28,863 bases of DNA from Alistipes sp. (GTDB taxonomy: Bacteria > Bacteroidota > Bacteroidia > Bacteroidales > Rikenellaceae): positions 1-28,863 of the forward strand of contig JAITWC010000023.1 of assembly GCA_031285485.1 (NCBI GenBank), read 5' to 3'. The position numbers and the translations under genes were made by a program. Below, in pieces: positions 25,049 through 28,863 of this stretch; the stretch's first letter is position 1; every line of letters begins with the position of its first letter. The notes beneath the pieces were generated by a model. The model was not told the origin of the DNA and made no database searches. It was given only the letters and a program-made list of their open reading frames with translations.

Positions 25049-26938
25049 ATGAAGCGAACCAGAATAACCATTATCGGCCTCGCGCTGCTGCTCTCCACCG
25101 TGGGAGCGGCGGCGCAGGAGGCGGTCTCCTACTTCCCGCTGAGGGACGTGAGACTGACCGCCGGGCCGTTCCTCGATGCTCAGCAGACCGACCTGCGATA
25201 CATCATGTCGATGGAGCCCGACCGACTGCTCGCGCCTTTCCTGCGCGAGGCCGGGCTGACACCCAAGGCCGAGAGCTATCCCAACTGGGAGAACACGGGG
25301 CTCGACGGACACATAGGCGGACACTATCTGTCGGCGCTGGCCCTGATGTGGGCTTCGACCGGCGACGAGGCGGTGAAGAGCCGTCTCGACTACATGCTGA
25401 GTGAGCTGCGGAGAGCGCAGACCGCCTCGGGCAACGGCTTTGTGGGCGGAACACCCGGCAGCCGCGAGCTGTGGGAGCAAGTCCGGGGAGGCGACATCCG
25501 CGCCCGCGGGTTCGACCTCAACGGCAAGTGGGTGCCGCTCTACAATATCCACAAAACCTACGCCGGACTACGCGACGCATGGCTCCACGCCGGGAGTGAA
25601 CTTGCGCTGACGATGCTGGTGGAACTAACCGACTGGATGATCGGCGTAACGTCCGGTCTCTCCGACGAGCAGATGCAGGACATGTTGCGCAGCGAGCACG
25701 GCGGTCTCAACGAGGTTTTCGCCGACGTTGCGGCAATCACCGGCGAGGCGAAGTACCTGACGCTCGCGCGCAGGTTTTCGCACACGGCAGTGCTCGAACC
25801 GCTCACCCGAGGCGAGGACAAACTCACCGGAATGCACGCCAACACCCAGATCCCAAAAGTGATCGGCTACGAACGGATAGCCCAACTCTCCGGCGACGAC
25901 ACCGCCTGGGGCCGTGCCGCCGAGTGGGACAGGGCGGCGAGGTTCTTCTGGAACATCGTCGTGAGCGACCGTTCGGTTGTGATAGGCGGCAACAGCGTGA
26001 GGGAGCATTTCCACCCCACGGACGACTTCTCGGCGATGCTCGAAGACGTGCAGGGGCCCGAGACGTGCAACACCTACAACATGCTGCGCCTGACGCGAAT
26101 GCTGTTCGAGACCACTCAGGAAGCACGTATGGCCGACTACTACGAGCAGGCGCTGTACAATCACATCCTCGCGTCGCAGAACCCCACCCGGGGCGGATTC
26201 GTCTACTTCACTCCCATGCGCGCGGGCCACTACCGCGTCTACTCGCAGCCCCACACCTCGATGTGGTGCTGCGTCGGTTCGGGGCTTGAGAACCACGCCA
26301 AGTACGGCGAGTTCATCTATGCCCGAAGCGAAGACGCACTTTGGGTCAACCTGTTCATCCCCTCGCGGGTCGAGTGGAAGGAGCGGGGCATCACCCTGTC
26401 GCAAAGCACCGGTTTCCCCGACTCCGGGCGCGTCGAGTTCACCGTGGAGCAGGCTCCGAGGGGAGCTTTCGCCGTGAAGCTGCGCCGTCCGGGCTGGGCA
26501 CGCGGGGTTAAGGTGTCGGTCAACGGGAAAGAGCAGCGCACCGACGCCACCGGCGACTACATTACCGTAGAAAGACGCTGGAGGGCGGGCGACCGCATCA
26601 CCCTCGACGTGGATATGGCGGTGACGATGGCCCGCGTACCCGACGGGAAAGACCAGTGGGCGTTCATGTACGGCCCCGTTGTGCTCGCCACGCCGATGGG
26701 CACCGACGACCTCGAAGGACTGTTTGCCGACGAGGGACGCATGGCCCACGTCGCCGGCGGGACGCGCGTCCCCACCGAGAACGCACCCGCGCTGAACGGC
26801 TCGCCCGAGGCTCTGCCGTCGATGCTGCGAAAGGACGGCGCGGCGCAACTCTCTTTCACCCTCGCGGGCGGCATGAAGTTCATACCCTTCTTCAGGCTCC
26901 ACGAAGCCCGGTACGCAATCTATTTACCTAACCGATAA
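25049..26938 (+). CDS. Secreted GH146 (GH127-like) beta-L-arabinofuranosidase
   Basis: Signal peptide; YPNWENTGLDGHIGGHYLSA, HANTQIPK, PETCNTYNML, WCCVGSGLENH (Cys3-Zn motif). Confidence 0.88.
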   Translation: MKRTRITIIGLALLLSTVGAAAQEAVSYFPLRDVRLTAGPFLDAQQTDLRYIMSMEPDRLLAPFLREAGLTPKAESYPNWENTGLDGHIGGHYLSALALMWASTGDEAVKSRLDYMLSELRRAQTASGNGFVGGTPGSRELWEQVRGGDIRARGFDLNGKWVPLYNIHKTYAGLRDAWLHAGSELALTMLVELTDWMIGVTSGLSDEQMQDMLRSEHGGLNEVFADVAAITGEAKYLTLARRFSHTAVLEPLTRGEDKLTGMHANTQIPKVIGYERIAQLSGDDTAWGRAAEWDRAARFFWNIVVSDRSVVIGGNSVREHFHPTDDFSAMLEDVQGPETCNTYNMLRLTRMLFETTQEARMADYYEQALYNHILASQNPTRGGFVYFTPMRAGHYRVYSQPHTSMWCCVGSGLENHAKYGEFIYARSEDALWVNLFIPSRVEWKERGITLSQSTGFPDSGRVEFTVEQAPRGAFAVKLRRPGWARGVKVSVNGKEQRTDATGDYITVERRWRAGDRITLDVDMAVTMARVPDGKDQWAFMYGPVVLATPMGTDDLEGLFADEGRMAHVAGGTRVPTENAPALNGSPEALPSMLRKDGAAQLSFTLAGGMKFIPFFRLHEARYAIYLPNR

Positions 26939-26953
26939 TCGCAAAATTAAAAC

Positions 26954-28498
<1,545 letters not shown>

Positions 28499-28525
28499 TC
28501 TCCGGGCGTAATAAAATCGCAACGG

Positions 28526-28557
28526 AAAGGGCGCCCTTCGCGGGGTGCCCTTTTTTT
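28526..28557 (+). terminator. Intrinsic terminator of the ara operon
   Basis: AAAGGGCGCCC-TTCGCG-GGGTGCCC followed by T7, 27 nt after the stop. Confidence 0.9.
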
Positions 28558-28581
28558 ATTGAAATCAATTTTATATATTTG
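28551..28581 (+). promoter_or_regulatory. Promoter overlapping the terminator tail and pointing into array E
   Basis: TTTT - N19 - TATATTTG (28574-28581). Confidence 0.55.
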
Positions 28582-28602
28582 TGCCGGACGCCCGGGGCGG
28601 AA

Positions 28603-28830
28603 CGCCGTCCGCGGACGGCGGGGCAAAAGAGCCCTCGGAAACGGTTTCGTCCGCGGACGGCGGGGCGAAAGAGGCCTCGGAAATGGTTTCGTCCACGGAC
28701 GACGGGGCAAAAGAGGTCTCGGAAACGGTTTCGTCCACGGACGACGGGGCAAAAGAGGTCTCGGAAATGGTTTCGTCCGCGGACGACGGAGCAAAAGAGC
28801 CCTCGGAAATGGTTTCGTCCACGGACGGCG
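28603..28830. repeat. Tandem array E: 6 cores CGTCC(G/A)CGGACG at 42-bp period; ends form CGCCGTCC/GGACGGCG inverted repeats
   Basis: Cores at 28606, 28648, 28690, 28732, 28774 and 28816; the first lies in a perfect 18-bp palindrome (28603-28620). Confidence 0.95.
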
Positions 28831-28863
28831 CAACGACGGCAATCCAATTAATCGCATATCAAA

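Overview
High-GC window (hand-counted coding samples ~55-63% GC) from a Bacteroidales chromosome, probably Rikenellaceae-like (inferred from the proteins and from TAnnTTTG promoter boxes). Left to right: two secreted glycosidases on the minus strand (a GH43 and a 1471-aa GH51+GH97 fusion); a dnaE-trxA-acyl-ACP thioesterase operon lying head-to-head with priA; an aromatic amino acid operon (pheA, aminotransferase, tyrA, DAHP synthase/chorismate mutase); a low-GC accessory cassette (NVEALA-type Cys-rich peptide plus beta-propeller lipoprotein); a DUF6261/HagB-like gene; and araA-araB-GH146-GH51. The unexplained signal is non-coding. (i) Five intergenic tandem arrays of unrelated sequence all share a 41-42 bp period and a palindromic core. 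(ii) The low-GC cassette is bracketed by two inverted, internally palindromic ~83-bp elements with TA at the outer ends. (iii) That cassette sits among three copies of a 55-bp bulged hairpin. No transposase, recombinase, cas gene, tRNA or rRNA was found. All alignments and counts were done by eye.
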